DNA of 64,000 bases from Candidatus Nanopelagicaceae bacterium (GCA_030730425.1 JANQVH010000015.1:28696-92695); one strand, 5' to 3'. Positions 42,731 through 52,099 are shown, numbered from the stretch's first letter. The notes: generated from the sequence alone by a model not told the origin. Made by a program: numbers and translations.

Positions 42731-45700
42731 GCCAACTCCTGCTCACTCATCTGACTTCTTCTGCGACGAGAAGGAAGGGCGAGAACAATTAAGGTAAGAA
42801 AGGTCAATAGTTGCAGCGAGACCCAGGCTCTTCTTGAAGTGGCGTCATGAAAGATTAGGAAATCTCCAGCTTCTGGTGCATAAAACCTTGGTACCCCATT
42901 TTCAGTTTGGGTTAAAGGCAGATATGTGCCATTAAGTAGCATCCTCCAACGTTTGTCATACTTTTCAGTAATTACTATAACTCCAGCAGATGTAAGTGTT
43001 CCTGCTGCGCCAATTTCGCCACTTGGTAGAACTGAGTAGGTTCCATCTTGAGATAGAAATGAGATATGGCCAAGCGCTCCTGGAACTTTCCAAGTTATTC
43101 CTTCATCAGTTGAGGCAGCTCTTGTAAATCCTCCCGCCCCATCAATAGTTCTAACAAGCTCCTCATCAATAGGCTTTGCTAAAAAGAGATATCTAATTCC
43201 AAACTCAGCAAAAACTTTACTGCTACTAACGCCAGATCCTGCTATTAAATCATTTATTGCTTTAGTAACCACTGGGGCAAGACCTGTAATGACATCTGCT
43301 TGTCCGAGTTGAAGGTCTCTATCTCTAGCAATGAAGTATTTAACCTTTGCTGACTCTGCCCTTAAAACCAGAGTCTTATAACGCCCCTCGGTCTGAGCGC
43401 TAGCACTTAGAAAAGCAGGAAGTGCGGACTTTGAATTGGATTGAACTGGAGCGCTACTAGCTGAGCTCAGCCACCAAGTGGCTGAGGCAAGAATAGAGAG
43501 CGCAGAAATCAAAGAGGTGAAACCAAGGAGAATATGGCGATAATCAATATGAGATTGGCTAAGGCTAGGTAGATAGTTATCGATCATGATTACTGCTGCA
43601 AGAAGGGCAGTTAACGTCGGAATTACTAGAAGAGAGCCAACCCAGAGTTGCTCAGGGGTAAAACTTCCATGTCCTGAAACCTGCCTTGAACCAAGTAGCG
43701 CTGCAATTGCGATAAAAAATAGCGCTACCTCTCCTAAGCGCGCTGTCTTACCAACAAAGATAGCTATTACAGCAATAAGAAGTATTGGTGAAATTATCCA
43801 AATCGGAGGAGCTCCAATTCCACCAGGGTTTCCTAGAAGTAAAGAGATCACTTCGCCGCCAGCAAGACTTAAACCTGGATCAAGAAGGATTCTTGATGGA
43901 TGAAGAATGAATTCAATAGACCAAGGAGCATTAACAATTAATGGCGTAATTGTCACTGCAATACGGCGGGCATTTCTTTTATCAAAGACTGCTTTATCCA
44001 TCGCATTGCTTTTGGAATTAAATGCAATAACATCAAAGATCACCAAAATAATCTGCCAGAGCAGGATGGACATAAATGTCATTGGTGAGAAGGCGCAGAC
44101 AAAGGTTAGTAGCAGCGCAATCCAGCATGTCTCTCGCCAAGTGAGATTTTCGAGCTGCTCAAGACCAAATAGTGATCTAATCAACCACGGTCCAATTACT
44201 ACTAAAACTAGAGTTCCAACTCGGCCACTATTGATAGCACTTAGCGTCGTTGGGGAGAAGGTATAGAGCAGGGCTGCAAGGAGTGCAAGAAAGTGTAGAT
44301 CGGTGAATTTCTTTGCAAGTAGATATGAACCCCAGAGCGCAAGAGGGACTGCACCAAGAAATAATCCAGTAATGAAAAGTGACGAGTTTGCGCCGGTAAG
44401 TAAGGAACCAAATCCAATATAGGCCACCCAGGGCGGTGCGCTAGTGCTTGATCCAAGGCCGACGGTATGCCAAGAGTCAGAGTACATTGCAAATAGTTCA
44501 AAGGCTTTTGTAGGTGTTGCCGCTAGAGCGCCACCAACTATTGCTCCAAGGCGATTACGTGAGGCAATTAACGTCAATATAACAACAAGAAGTGAGACGC
44601 TAAGAATTGGGCGACGAGTAAGCCATCTAATTGGTGATGGGGCTTGGACTAATTCAATATCAGCATTTTCTAGAGCTTCATCATTTAGATCTAGAGTAGA
44701 GCTAGTAAGACTGCTCTCTTCATATATAGAGGAGCGGCGCCAACTTCGAGTAATGGAAGAGCTAGATCGCTCAATTGCCAATTGTAGTTGTGATCCTCTA
44801 GGGGGAACAAAACGAGAGATAACCCTTGATGACACTAAACGATTCTTCCTACGCTTTGCTCTAGCTCTAATTAAGTCCTGCGGCTGCAGAATTACCAGAG
44901 CAACTGCTGCAATTTCATCTAAGGCATATCCTGGAAGTTTTGCTAGCAGATAACCAATTGCGCGAAATAGAGATGCCGAGAGAAGTTGGAGAGCAATTAA
45001 GGGCAAGAGCCACCAAGAAGTATTGGCCATTAAGACATAGGCGGCATGCCTGCGATCTAGAAGTAGCGGGCGATGAAGAAAAGCATCTGAGACATCGATG
45101 CGCCTTCGTTCATTAGAGGCAGCCTCAGCGTGATAAGCAATAGCCTTTGGAACTGCAATTACTGAATGTCCAGCAGTATGCACGCGCCAACCAAAATCAA
45201 CATCATCTCTAAATAAAGAAAGTTCTGGATCAAATCCATCTAACTCTTCAAAGACATCGCGGCGAATTAACGCCCCAGCGGTACTAACGGCTAATACTTC
45301 ACTAACTCCATCGTGTTGGCCTTGATCAGATTCGCGATATTCAAGTCCCGTCCAGCGAGCACCATTTGAGGCGATGCTAATTCCTAGCTCTAACAAATGG
45401 TTTCGATCATGCCAGCCGCGCAATTTGGGTCCAGCCATTGCAACTGCTGGTCGCTCATCAAGGGCTGCTAAAAGCTCTTTAAGTGCGTTTGCATCGGGTG
45501 CGCAATCATCATGAATCAACCAGAGCCATTCAGTTTCTGATTCATTTCCTCGTTTAACTTTAGAATTACTAAGCGCTTCTTTAATTGCTGCGCCAAAGCC
45601 AGTTTCCTTAGCAGTGGAGATTGTTGCAATGCCAGCTCCCCGCAGTAATTTCACTGAACTATCTTCAGATCCAGTATCAATGGCAATTATCTGATCTATT

Positions 45701-45804
45701 GCCCGCCTCTGCTTAGCAAGGGATGCCACAACTTCAGGTAACCAGAGGGCTCCATTGTGAGAGACGATAATTGCAGTGACAAAGTTATTATCTAAAGTAG
45801 GCAT
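42727..45804 (-). CDS. Glycosyltransferase family 2 domain fused to a large polytopic membrane domain
   Basis: 1025 aa. The N-terminal ~300 aa carry IIVSHNG..WL, AIDTGSEDSS and LIHDDCAPD (GT2/DxD-like). More than a dozen hydrophobic segments follow, then a ~250-aa non-hydrophobic region and a terminal TM segment. Confidence 0.8.
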   Translation of the reverse strand: MPTLDNNFVTAIIVSHNGALWLPEVVASLAKQRRAIDQIIAIDTGSEDSSVKLLRGAGIATISTAKETGFGAAIKEALSNSKVKRGNESETEWLWLIHDDCAPDANALKELLAALDERPAVAMAGPKLRGWHDRNHLLELGISIASNGARWTGLEYRESDQGQHDGVSEVLAVSTAGALIRRDVFEELDGFDPELSLFRDDVDFGWRVHTAGHSVIAVPKAIAYHAEAASNERRRIDVSDAFLHRPLLLDRRHAAYVLMANTSWWLLPLIALQLLSASLFRAIGYLLAKLPGYALDEIAAVALVILQPQDLIRARAKRRKNRLVSSRVISRFVPPRGSQLQLAIERSSSSITRSWRRSSIYEESSLTSSTLDLNDEALENADIELVQAPSPIRWLTRRPILSVSLLVVILTLIASRNRLGAIVGGALAATPTKAFELFAMYSDSWHTVGLGSSTSAPPWVAYIGFGSLLTGANSSLFITGLFLGAVPLALWGSYLLAKKFTDLHFLALLAALLYTFSPTTLSAINSGRVGTLVLVVIGPWLIRSLFGLEQLENLTWRETCWIALLLTFVCAFSPMTFMSILLWQIILVIFDVIAFNSKSNAMDKAVFDKRNARRIAVTITPLIVNAPWSIEFILHPSRILLDPGLSLAGGEVISLLLGNPGGIGAPPIWIISPILLIAVIAIFVGKTARLGEVALFFIAIAALLGSRQVSGHGSFTPEQLWVGSLLVIPTLTALLAAVIMIDNYLPSLSQSHIDYRHILLGFTSLISALSILASATWWLSSASSAPVQSNSKSALPAFLSASAQTEGRYKTLVLRAESAKVKYFIARDRDLQLGQADVITGLAPVVTKAINDLIAGSGVSSSKVFAEFGIRYLFLAKPIDEELVRTIDGAGGFTRAASTDEGITWKVPGALGHISFLSQDGTYSVLPSGEIGAAGTLTSAGVIVITEKYDKRWRMLLNGTYLPLTQTENGVPRFYAPEAGDFLIFHDATSRRAWVSLQLLTFLTLIVLALPSRRRRSQMSEQELA

Positions 45805-45891
45805 TACACCGCCTCTTGTTCAAATAAAAAGTTAGACCAAATTCCCTTAACTCTTCTAGTTACTAACTTGGTTTTCTTATAGCTATTAAAT

Positions 45892-46185
45892 TTAAGCTGG
45901 ACGGCGCTTAAGACGGCGGCGTTCGCGCTCTGAAAGTCCGCCCCAGATACCAAAGCGTTCATCATGCGCCAGAGCGTATTCAAGGCACTCTTGTCTAACA
46001 TCACAGGAGAGACATACTCGCTTAGCCTCACGGGTTGAACCACCTTTTTCAGGGAAGAAAGCTTCCGGATCGGTTTGGGCACATAGCGCTCTCTCTTGCC
46101 ACGATAGCTCAACGATCTCGCCATTTCCCAATTTGATACTTGGACCAGGAATGAAAGTCTGCTCTATTCGACGAGCATCAGTCAT
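45892..46185 (-). CDS. whiB2: WhiB family Fe-S transcription factor, WhiB2/WhiB-type
   Basis: WQERALCAQTDPEAFFPEKGGSTREAKRVCLSCDVRQECLEYALAHDERFGIWGGLSERERRRLKRR is the canonical WhiB2 core. Confidence 0.92.
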   Translation of the reverse strand: MTDARRIEQTFIPGPSIKLGNGEIVELSWQERALCAQTDPEAFFPEKGGSTREAKRVCLSCDVRQECLEYALAHDERFGIWGGLSERERRRLKRRPA

Positions 46186-46198
46186 CAGTTATACCCCT

Positions 46199-46228
46199 AA
46201 AAAACAGAGCCCACGCCTAATGGTGGGC
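46199..46228 (-). terminator. Terminator-like hairpin plus U-run in the whiB2 leader
   Basis: The minus strand reads GCCCAC-cattaggc-GTGGGC, then TCTGTTTTTT, ending 13 nt before the whiB2 ATG. The AGGGG SD follows the U-run directly. Confidence 0.45.
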
Positions 46229-46241
46229 CTACTAGGGGCTA

Positions 46242-46270
46242 ATTACACGCTTGTTATTCATATGTGTCAA
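46242..46270 (-). promoter_or_regulatory. Predicted housekeeping-sigma promoter of whiB2
   Basis: The minus strand reads TTGACA (46270-46265), a 17-nt spacer, then TGTAAT (46247-46242). It lies between the manC-like stop and the hairpin. Confidence 0.55.
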
Positions 46271-46346
46271 GTCGCTGCCGTGACTTTTTGGGTAGAAATT
46301 AATCCCCTAATTGTCGATTTTCCGCTAATTTTTTAGCAAAAACAAG

Positions 46347-47324
46347 CTAATTATTGATTATTTCTCCAGATATTTTTTTATTACTTGCAATTGAAACATT
46401 AGGTGCGATATAGCAGTTATCAATTATTGAACCATCACCAATGCTTGCCCCAGCTGAAATAATTGAGCCTTTGATTTGGCAACGCGCTCCAACTATTACT
46501 CCAGATTCAATCACAGAGCCATCGGAGATCATTGCTGTGGCATCTACCTTAGCCTCTTTAGAGATAATCACTGCATCTCTTACCTGCCTAGTAGCAGGTG
46601 AGATTGTAGAGTTTAAAACTAAATCTTTTGAGGCTTGAATATATGAAGCTGGAGTTCCCATATCAATCCAATATGAATCATCAATATATCCATATAAGGC
46701 GCCCTTGTTCTCTAAAAGCTCTGGGAAGGTCTGCCTCTCAACACTGACCACTGCATCTGGGCGAATCTGCTCAATTGCCCTGTTATTAAAGATATAACAA
46801 CCCGCATTAATAGTATTAACTTTGGGCTGATCCATTTTTTCAAGAAACTCTAAAACCTTTCCATCTAAATCAAGAGGAACGCAGCCATAAGGGCGAGCAT
46901 CTTCAACTCTAACTAAGTGCAGAGTCACATCAGCGCCCTTGCTTTCATGAAACTCTGCCTGGGCTTTTAGATCATGGCCACTTAGAACATCGCCATTAAA
47001 GATAAAGATAGATTCATCTTTTGCTAGATTCAAAGATTTTGCCGCATTAGCAATTGCCCCACCAGTTCCAAGAGCTTGCTCCTCGACCGCATACTTAATT
47101 GATAGGCCAAACTTTGATCCATCACCAAAGTAAGGCTTAAAAACCTCAGCTAGATATGAGGTTGCTAGGACTATTTCACTTATTCCAGCTGCTTGCGCTC
47201 TAGCAATTTGATGCTCTGTAACTGGAGCTCCTGCTACCTTTAACATTGGCTTTGGAGTATTTTTAGTTAATTCTTCAAGACGGGTTCCTCTGCCCCCAAC
47301 AAGCAAAATAGCCTTATTTATCAT
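46347..47324 (-). CDS. NDP-sugar pyrophosphorylase, mannose-1-phosphate guanylyltransferase-like
   Basis: N-terminus AILLVGGRGTRLEELT..TPKPML (nucleotidyltransferase G-loop) plus a C-terminal left-handed beta-helix hexapeptide region. Confidence 0.8.
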   Translation of the reverse strand: MINKAILLVGGRGTRLEELTKNTPKPMLKVAGAPVTEHQIARAQAAGISEIVLATSYLAEVFKPYFGDGSKFGLSIKYAVEEQALGTGGAIANAAKSLNLAKDESIFIFNGDVLSGHDLKAQAEFHESKGADVTLHLVRVEDARPYGCVPLDLDGKVLEFLEKMDQPKVNTINAGCYIFNNRAIEQIRPDAVVSVERQTFPELLENKGALYGYIDDSYWIDMGTPASYIQASKDLVLNSTISPATRQVRDAVIISKEAKVDATAMISDGSVIESGVIVGARCQIKGSIISAGASIGDGSIIDNCYIAPNVSIASNKKISGEIINN

Positions 47325-48394
47325 GGCTTTATCGCCTCGATAATGCGAGAGGCTGCACTTGATATGTTCTCATCGCTAGCAGTGAGCGCGATGCGCACAT
47401 ATCTATCGCCTTTACTTCCATAGAAACTTCCTGGCGTAACAAGAATTCCTAATTCTGCAAACCAAGCCACACTGTCCCAATCTTTTTCATCTCTACTACA
47501 CCAGATATATAGCCCAGCTTCTGAAAACTCAATTTTAAATCCTGCTGCTATTAGCGCTTTAGCAAGCACCTCTCGCCTTGCTTGATATTTTCCTGCCTGC
47601 TTATCAACATGGCTCTGATCTGAAAGTGCAATGGCCATTGACTTTTGAATCGGCAGCGGAAGCATCATCCCCATATGTTTTCGAATCTCTAGTAATTGCG
47701 CTACTAACTTAGGATCGCCAGCAACAAATGCCCCTCTATAGCCCGCCATATTTGATCGCTTTGAGAGCGAATGAACCGCCAGCACTGAGGTGTTATCACC
47801 ACTTGCGATTGCCAAAATAGAGTGAGCCTTTATTCCATTGGTAAAGGGCAGATAACACTCATCACTTGCAAGGATTGCTCCAGATTCTCTTACCCAGGCA
47901 AGGCAGGCCTCAAGTTCTCCTTTGCTATGAACCCGACCTGTTGGATTTGATGGTGAGTTAATCCAGGCTAAATCCGCTCTCTTTGGCCAAGTATTTGCAT
48001 CAATTCCAACTTCAACGAGTTCAGCTCTAGCCAGTAGCGCTCCGACTTTATAAGTTGGATAGGCAATTTCTGGAATTAGAACTGATTTAGCTTCTAACAT
48101 ATATGCCAATAGCGCTACTAATTCTTTTGAACCAATTGTTGGCAGAACATCAAAGTCGCCACTTACGCCAAGGGTTTCAATACAATATTTCTTAAGCGCT
48201 TCTCGAAGCGGAGCGCTTCCAGTGGTTAACGGATAGCTTGGTGAATTACTACCTGCTTTAAGTTCTTCTTGAATGAAATCTGGAGTGGAATCAACTGGCG
48301 TGCCCTGGGAGAGATCAATAATTCCCTGGCTATGGGCTCGAGCTTTTTGCCCATATGGCGCAAGGGCATCCCAAGGAAAATCAGGGAGTTTTAT
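47321..48394 (-). CDS. dapC: Succinyldiaminopimelate transaminase-like class I aminotransferase (DapC/Rv1178-like)
   Basis: The track ORF (47321-48109) lacks the N-terminus. The frame stays open for 97 more codons, encoding IKLPDFPWDALAPYGQKARAHSQGIIDLSQGTPVDSTP...LPTIGSKELVA, which is typical of DapC. There is no ATG/GTG/TTG in that stretch. The start is provisionally placed at ATA 48392-48394. Confidence 0.7.
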   Translation of the reverse strand: MKLPDFPWDALAPYGQKARAHSQGIIDLSQGTPVDSTPDFIQEELKAGSNSPSYPLTTGSAPLREALKKYCIETLGVSGDFDVLPTIGSKELVALLAYMLEAKSVLIPEIAYPTYKVGALLARAELVEVGIDANTWPKRADLAWINSPSNPTGRVHSKGELEACLAWVRESGAILASDECYLPFTNGIKAHSILAIASGDNTSVLAVHSLSKRSNMAGYRGAFVAGDPKLVAQLLEIRKHMGMMLPLPIQKSMAIALSDQSHVDKQAGKYQARREVLAKALIAAGFKIEFSEAGLYIWCSRDEKDWDSVAWFAELGILVTPGSFYGSKGDRYVRIALTASDENISSAASRIIEAIKP

Positions 48395-48404
48395 CTCTGC
48401 CTAC

Positions 48405-48731
48405 TTACTCGACTGTGGGTTTCTTTTGAATCTGCAGAAGCACTGGATGATCTTTGCCAACTCTTCCAACTTTTGCCGCTCCTCCAGGTGAGCCTAATTC
48501 GTCAAAGAATTCGGCATTAACTTCCTTATATTCACTGTACTGAGCTGGAACATCATCTTCATAATAGATCGCCTCAACTGGGCAAACTGGTTCACATGCT
48601 CCACAATCCACACACTCATCAGGTTGGATATACATCATTCGATCGCCCTCATAGATGCAATCAACTGGGCACTCTTCAATACATGATTTATCCATTACAT
48701 CTACACAGGGAAGGGCGATGATGTATGTCAC
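48405..48731 (-). CDS. fdxA: 7Fe ferredoxin (3Fe-4S + 4Fe-4S)
   Basis: MTYIIALPCVDVMDKSCIEECPVDCIY ... CVDCGACEPVCPVEAI. Confidence 0.92.
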   Translation of the reverse strand: MTYIIALPCVDVMDKSCIEECPVDCIYEGDRMMYIQPDECVDCGACEPVCPVEAIYYEDDVPAQYSEYKEVNAEFFDELGSPGGAAKVGRVGKDHPVLLQIQKKPTVE

Positions 48732-48789
48732 CTGAGACTCCTTTCAGAGGAAAAAACTAAAAGATATAAACACCGAATTGGCATAAGCG

Positions 48790-50241
48790 ATGCTTACATT
48801 GAAGGGTCTAATCCTACAAAATAAGGGGGTGGAGCGCGAGCCAAAACCAAATAATGGGCTATATATCTATGACACTTTAGAGAGAAAAGTGCTGCCTATT
48901 ACTGCGAGTGATGGCCAAGCCGTGAGAATCTACTGCTGCGGACCAACTGTCTATCGCGACGCTCATGTTGGCAATCTAAGGACTTTTTTGCTTAGTGATT
49001 TAGTTCGCCGGACTCTGGAGTTCTCTGGTCTGAAAGTCAAGGTGGTGCAAAACATTACTGATGTTGGCCATATGAGTGAAGATTTTGAAGAAGATAAAAT
49101 GTTGGCTCAATCAAAACTTGAAAAGCGTGATCCTTACTCTATCGCAAGAGAGTATGAAGAGAAGTTTCATAGAGACTTGGCAGGGTTAAATATTCTCCCA
49201 GCTCACAACTATCCCCGAGCAAGCGAGTGCATCGAGATGATGCTTGAGCACATTGAGAAATTAATTGAATTAAATCTTGCCTATCAAGGTGATGATTCCT
49301 CAATATATTTTGATAGCACTAAGTTTGATAGTTATGGCCAGTTAAGTGGAAATCGTCTTGATGCGCTCAAACCTGGGCATCACTATGAATATATTGAAGC
49401 TGGAGCGAAGAGATTTCATGCTGATTGGGCCCTCTGGAAAGCTGCAGGCAATCGCAGAGAGATGATTTGGCAAACAACTTATGGTTCAGGATTTCCTGGC
49501 TGGCATATTGAATGTTCTGCAATGTCGCTTCATTATCTGCAAGGACATGTTGATCTACATATTGGTGGCATTGATCTTAGATTCCCCCATCATGAAAACG
49601 AGAGAGCCCAATCAAATCCTTTGGTAGAAGGTGAAGCAGTTAGCGCCTGGCTTCACGGCGAGCATCTCTTATTTGAAGGAAGAAAGATGTCAAAGAGTTC
49701 AGGAAATGTAGTTCTACTCTCTGATGTAATAGCGCGTGGATTTGACCCACTATCACTGCGTTTCTGCTTCCTTGAAAATCGTTATCGCTCTCAGATGGAT
49801 TTATCTTGGAGCTCGATAAGTGCCGCCCATGCAACCTTGCAGCGCTTGAGAGCTAAATATCAACAATGGAAATTGGAGCCTAAGGATTATTCAGATGAAG
49901 CTAGAGTATTTGTTCAAGCAATACTTGCTCACTTCCAGGCAGATCTAGATACCCCTCAAGTGATGCTTAAGCTCAGATCTCTTGAAAAGGATAATCAATT
50001 TTCAGATGGCCAGAAGGCAGCGATATTAGAAGAGCTTGAACCACTTCTTGCTTTAAAACTACTTGAACAGATGCCGATAAAAGAGCTGCCAGATGAAGCT
50101 AAAGTCTTACTAGAGGCAAGACAGAGCGCGAGGGCGAGCAAAGACTTTGCCTTAAGTGATCAGATAAGAGATCAACTTCTCTTACTTGGTATCTCTGTAA
50201 GTGACTCACCATCTGGCCAGAGCTGGAGCTGGAGGAGTTAG
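48790..50241 (+). CDS. cysS: Cysteine--tRNA ligase
   Basis: CGPTVY..AHVGN (HIGH), WHIECSAM, FPHHENERAQS (CysS-type rather than the MshC-type HHE), KMSKSSGN. The N-terminal 15-20 aa of the ORF may not be translated. Confidence 0.8.
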   Translation: MLTLKGLILQNKGVEREPKPNNGLYIYDTLERKVLPITASDGQAVRIYCCGPTVYRDAHVGNLRTFLLSDLVRRTLEFSGLKVKVVQNITDVGHMSEDFEEDKMLAQSKLEKRDPYSIAREYEEKFHRDLAGLNILPAHNYPRASECIEMMLEHIEKLIELNLAYQGDDSSIYFDSTKFDSYGQLSGNRLDALKPGHHYEYIEAGAKRFHADWALWKAAGNRREMIWQTTYGSGFPGWHIECSAMSLHYLQGHVDLHIGGIDLRFPHHENERAQSNPLVEGEAVSAWLHGEHLLFEGRKMSKSSGNVVLLSDVIARGFDPLSLRFCFLENRYRSQMDLSWSSISAAHATLQRLRAKYQQWKLEPKDYSDEARVFVQAILAHFQADLDTPQVMLKLRSLEKDNQFSDGQKAAILEELEPLLALKLLEQMPIKELPDEAKVLLEARQSARASKDFALSDQIRDQLLLLGISVSDSPSGQSWSWRS

Positions 50242-50244
50242 AAC

Positions 50245-50556
50245 TTAAATCCTCTTAAGTAATCGCCAAGAGATTAGCGCTGCTCCCCCAAATACAAAGA
50301 GATTGCCATAGGCATTAGCCTCAATTAGAACCTCTCCTCCATTGCCAAGACTTGATGCTCTAACAATTACAAAGAGCCAGCCAAAAGCAAAGAGGGCAAG
50401 AGATGACTTAGAGAGATACATATTTCTCACCAAACGAAGTCCTAGAAGTAGCGCTAGCAATGAAACTATTAGCCCTAAAGGTCTATATGCATTATGAAGA
50501 AATGTTCCAGAGACCCCAACTAACGCTCCAAAGAGCAGGCTGATTAGTAACTTCAT
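50245..50556 (-). CDS. Small integral membrane protein (DUF6113-like, downstream of the mshB-like gene)
   Basis: 103 aa with four hydrophobic segments. 4-nt overlap with the upstream deacetylase gene. Confidence 0.5.
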   Translation of the reverse strand: MKLLISLLFGALVGVSGTFLHNAYRPLGLIVSLLALLLGLRLVRNMYLSKSSLALFAFGWLFVIVRASSLGNGGEVLIEANAYGNLFVFGGAALISWRLLKRI

Positions 50557-51416
50557 AGCTGAATTCCTGAGAAGAGATCAGTCTCTCGCCCCTCTTGGTT
50601 AAATGGAGCGCTAGCTTTTCCATAGACCAAGCGATAAAACTCTTGTCCCCAGACTTTAAATCCTAAGTTATCAGAGAGGGCAAAAAATGGTCCATCTACT
50701 GCAATTTGAGTGGGATGAGCTCTCATCGCCTCCATCTTCTTATCAACAAATTCTTGGCCATCAATTACTGTTGTTACTAAATTATCTGGTTGGGCAAAAG
50801 GAAAGTCTTCTGCCTTCTCTACTCCCCAGAAATCATTTCCACTACCCTTCATCGCCTCAATTCCCTGTTCAATAACTGATATCGGAATTGTGTTCCAATA
50901 GATCTTTTGAATCTGCCAGCCGCGCTGGCCTGCTATCTCACTTGCCCGCATAGCCACTCTATGGGCTTGAATATGATCGGGATGTCCATAGCCGCCAATT
51001 TCATCGTAGGTCAACATCACATCAGGTTTAATCTCAAGTATTACCTCAACTAAAGATTCAGCTGCTTCATCAACATCTGCGTTCCAGAAATTATCTTTTC
51101 TTGAATTTGGCTCTGAATCCATCATTCCACTATCGCGCCATGATTTACTTGAAGCGCCAAGGAAGCGATAATCAACAACTCCCAAGACTTTCATCGCATT
51201 TGCTAATTCAACTTCGCGAACTGGACCAAGAGCATCTTCTTTTCCACTTGCAAGATGTTCGAGTTCTGGAACTAAAATCTCACCCTCTTCACCTCTGGTG
51301 CAAGTAACAAGAGTTACGCCATAACCCATGGCAACATACTTAGCCATAGTTACGCCATTGTTTATAGTCTCATCATCTGGATGGGCGTGAACTAGAAGTA
51401 AGCGTGGTTTTCTCAT
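50553..51416 (-). CDS. mshB: PIG-L family deacetylase, MshB-like
   Basis: MRKPRLLLVHAHPDDET motif, and HPDH later. The start is set at ATG 51416. The longer track ORF would overlap the divergent TetR gene. Confidence 0.7.
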   Translation of the reverse strand: MRKPRLLLVHAHPDDETINNGVTMAKYVAMGYGVTLVTCTRGEEGEILVPELEHLASGKEDALGPVREVELANAMKVLGVVDYRFLGASSKSWRDSGMMDSEPNSRKDNFWNADVDEAAESLVEVILEIKPDVMLTYDEIGGYGHPDHIQAHRVAMRASEIAGQRGWQIQKIYWNTIPISVIEQGIEAMKGSGNDFWGVEKAEDFPFAQPDNLVTTVIDGQEFVDKKMEAMRAHPTQIAVDGPFFALSDNLGFKVWGQEFYRLVYGKASAPFNQEGRETDLFSGIQL

Positions 51417-51472
51417 CTTGGTTCGGAAGGCTACACGAGTTCTATTAGTGAAATCTTGCCAAATCTCGTAGC

Positions 51473-52099
51473 ATGGCGCCGATGAGCAATAGCGAGAAAG
51501 TTGATAATCGGGTTCGCCTTCCACGAGATGAACGACGCGCCCTACTACTAAGCGCCGCCCTTGAGGTCTTCACCGTCTCTGGTTATCACGCAGCTGCGAT
51601 GGATGAAATTGCAGAGCGGGCCGGAGTTAGTAAGCCAGTGCTCTATCAACACTTTCCTTCAAAACTAGACCTTTATCTAGCCCTTCTTGATGTTCATATC
51701 GATTCCCTTGTCTTTGCTATTCAGAAAGCTATCGCCTCAAATAAAGAGAATAAGAATCGAGTCAAAGCCACCGTTGCTGCATACTTTGAATTTATCGATG
51801 ATGAAGGCGGGGCATTTCGTCTCCTATTTGAAAGTGACATGAGCGCAGAGCCTCAAGTAAGACAGAGGCTTGATCGCATGACCTATGACTGCGCAGTAGC
51901 AGTTAGCGCAGTTATCTCACTAGATACTGGCTTTCCAAAAGAGGAGTCGATGGTGCTGGCTATTGGATTGATTGGTTGCGCTCAAATTACCGCCCGCCAT
52001 TGGCTTGAAAAAGATGGAAAAATTAATCGCTCTGAAGCAACATCCCTAGTAACCAATCTTCTCTGGCGGGGAATCTCAGGCTTTCCCTTACAGAGCTAG
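51473..52099 (+). CDS. TetR family transcriptional regulator
   Basis: The HTH region GYHAAAMDEIAERAGVSKPVLYQHFPSK is typical of TetR_N. Confidence 0.88.
   Translation: MAPMSNSEKVDNRVRLPRDERRALLLSAALEVFTVSGYHAAAMDEIAERAGVSKPVLYQHFPSKLDLYLALLDVHIDSLVFAIQKAIASNKENKNRVKATVAAYFEFIDDEGGAFRLLFESDMSAEPQVRQRLDRMTYDCAVAVSAVISLDTGFPKEESMVLAIGLIGCAQITARHWLEKDGKINRSEATSLVTNLLWRGISGFPLQS

Noticed and set aside
45804-46124. A 106-aa ORF, same strand as whiB2 but in a different frame, spans the whiB2-GT2 spacer and ends in TAATG with the GT2 start.
   Set aside because: Its only start codon lies inside the highly conserved whiB2 coding sequence. There is no start within the spacer, and the peptide has no recognisable features. 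The open frame is probably fortuitous.
48269-48520. Two overlapping plus-strand ORFs (83 and 72 aa) in the apparent gap between dapC and fdxA.
   Set aside because: The gap is in fact the N-terminal coding region of dapC on the minus strand (a clear aminotransferase sequence), together with fdxA. The plus-strand ORFs are antisense artefacts.
51417-51524. Long N-terminal extension of the mshB-like ORF, overlapping the divergent TetR gene start.
   Set aside because: The conserved PIG-L N-terminus (MRKPRLLLVHAHPDDE) begins at the internal ATG at 51416. The extension has no homology-like features and would create a 52-nt head-to-head overlap.
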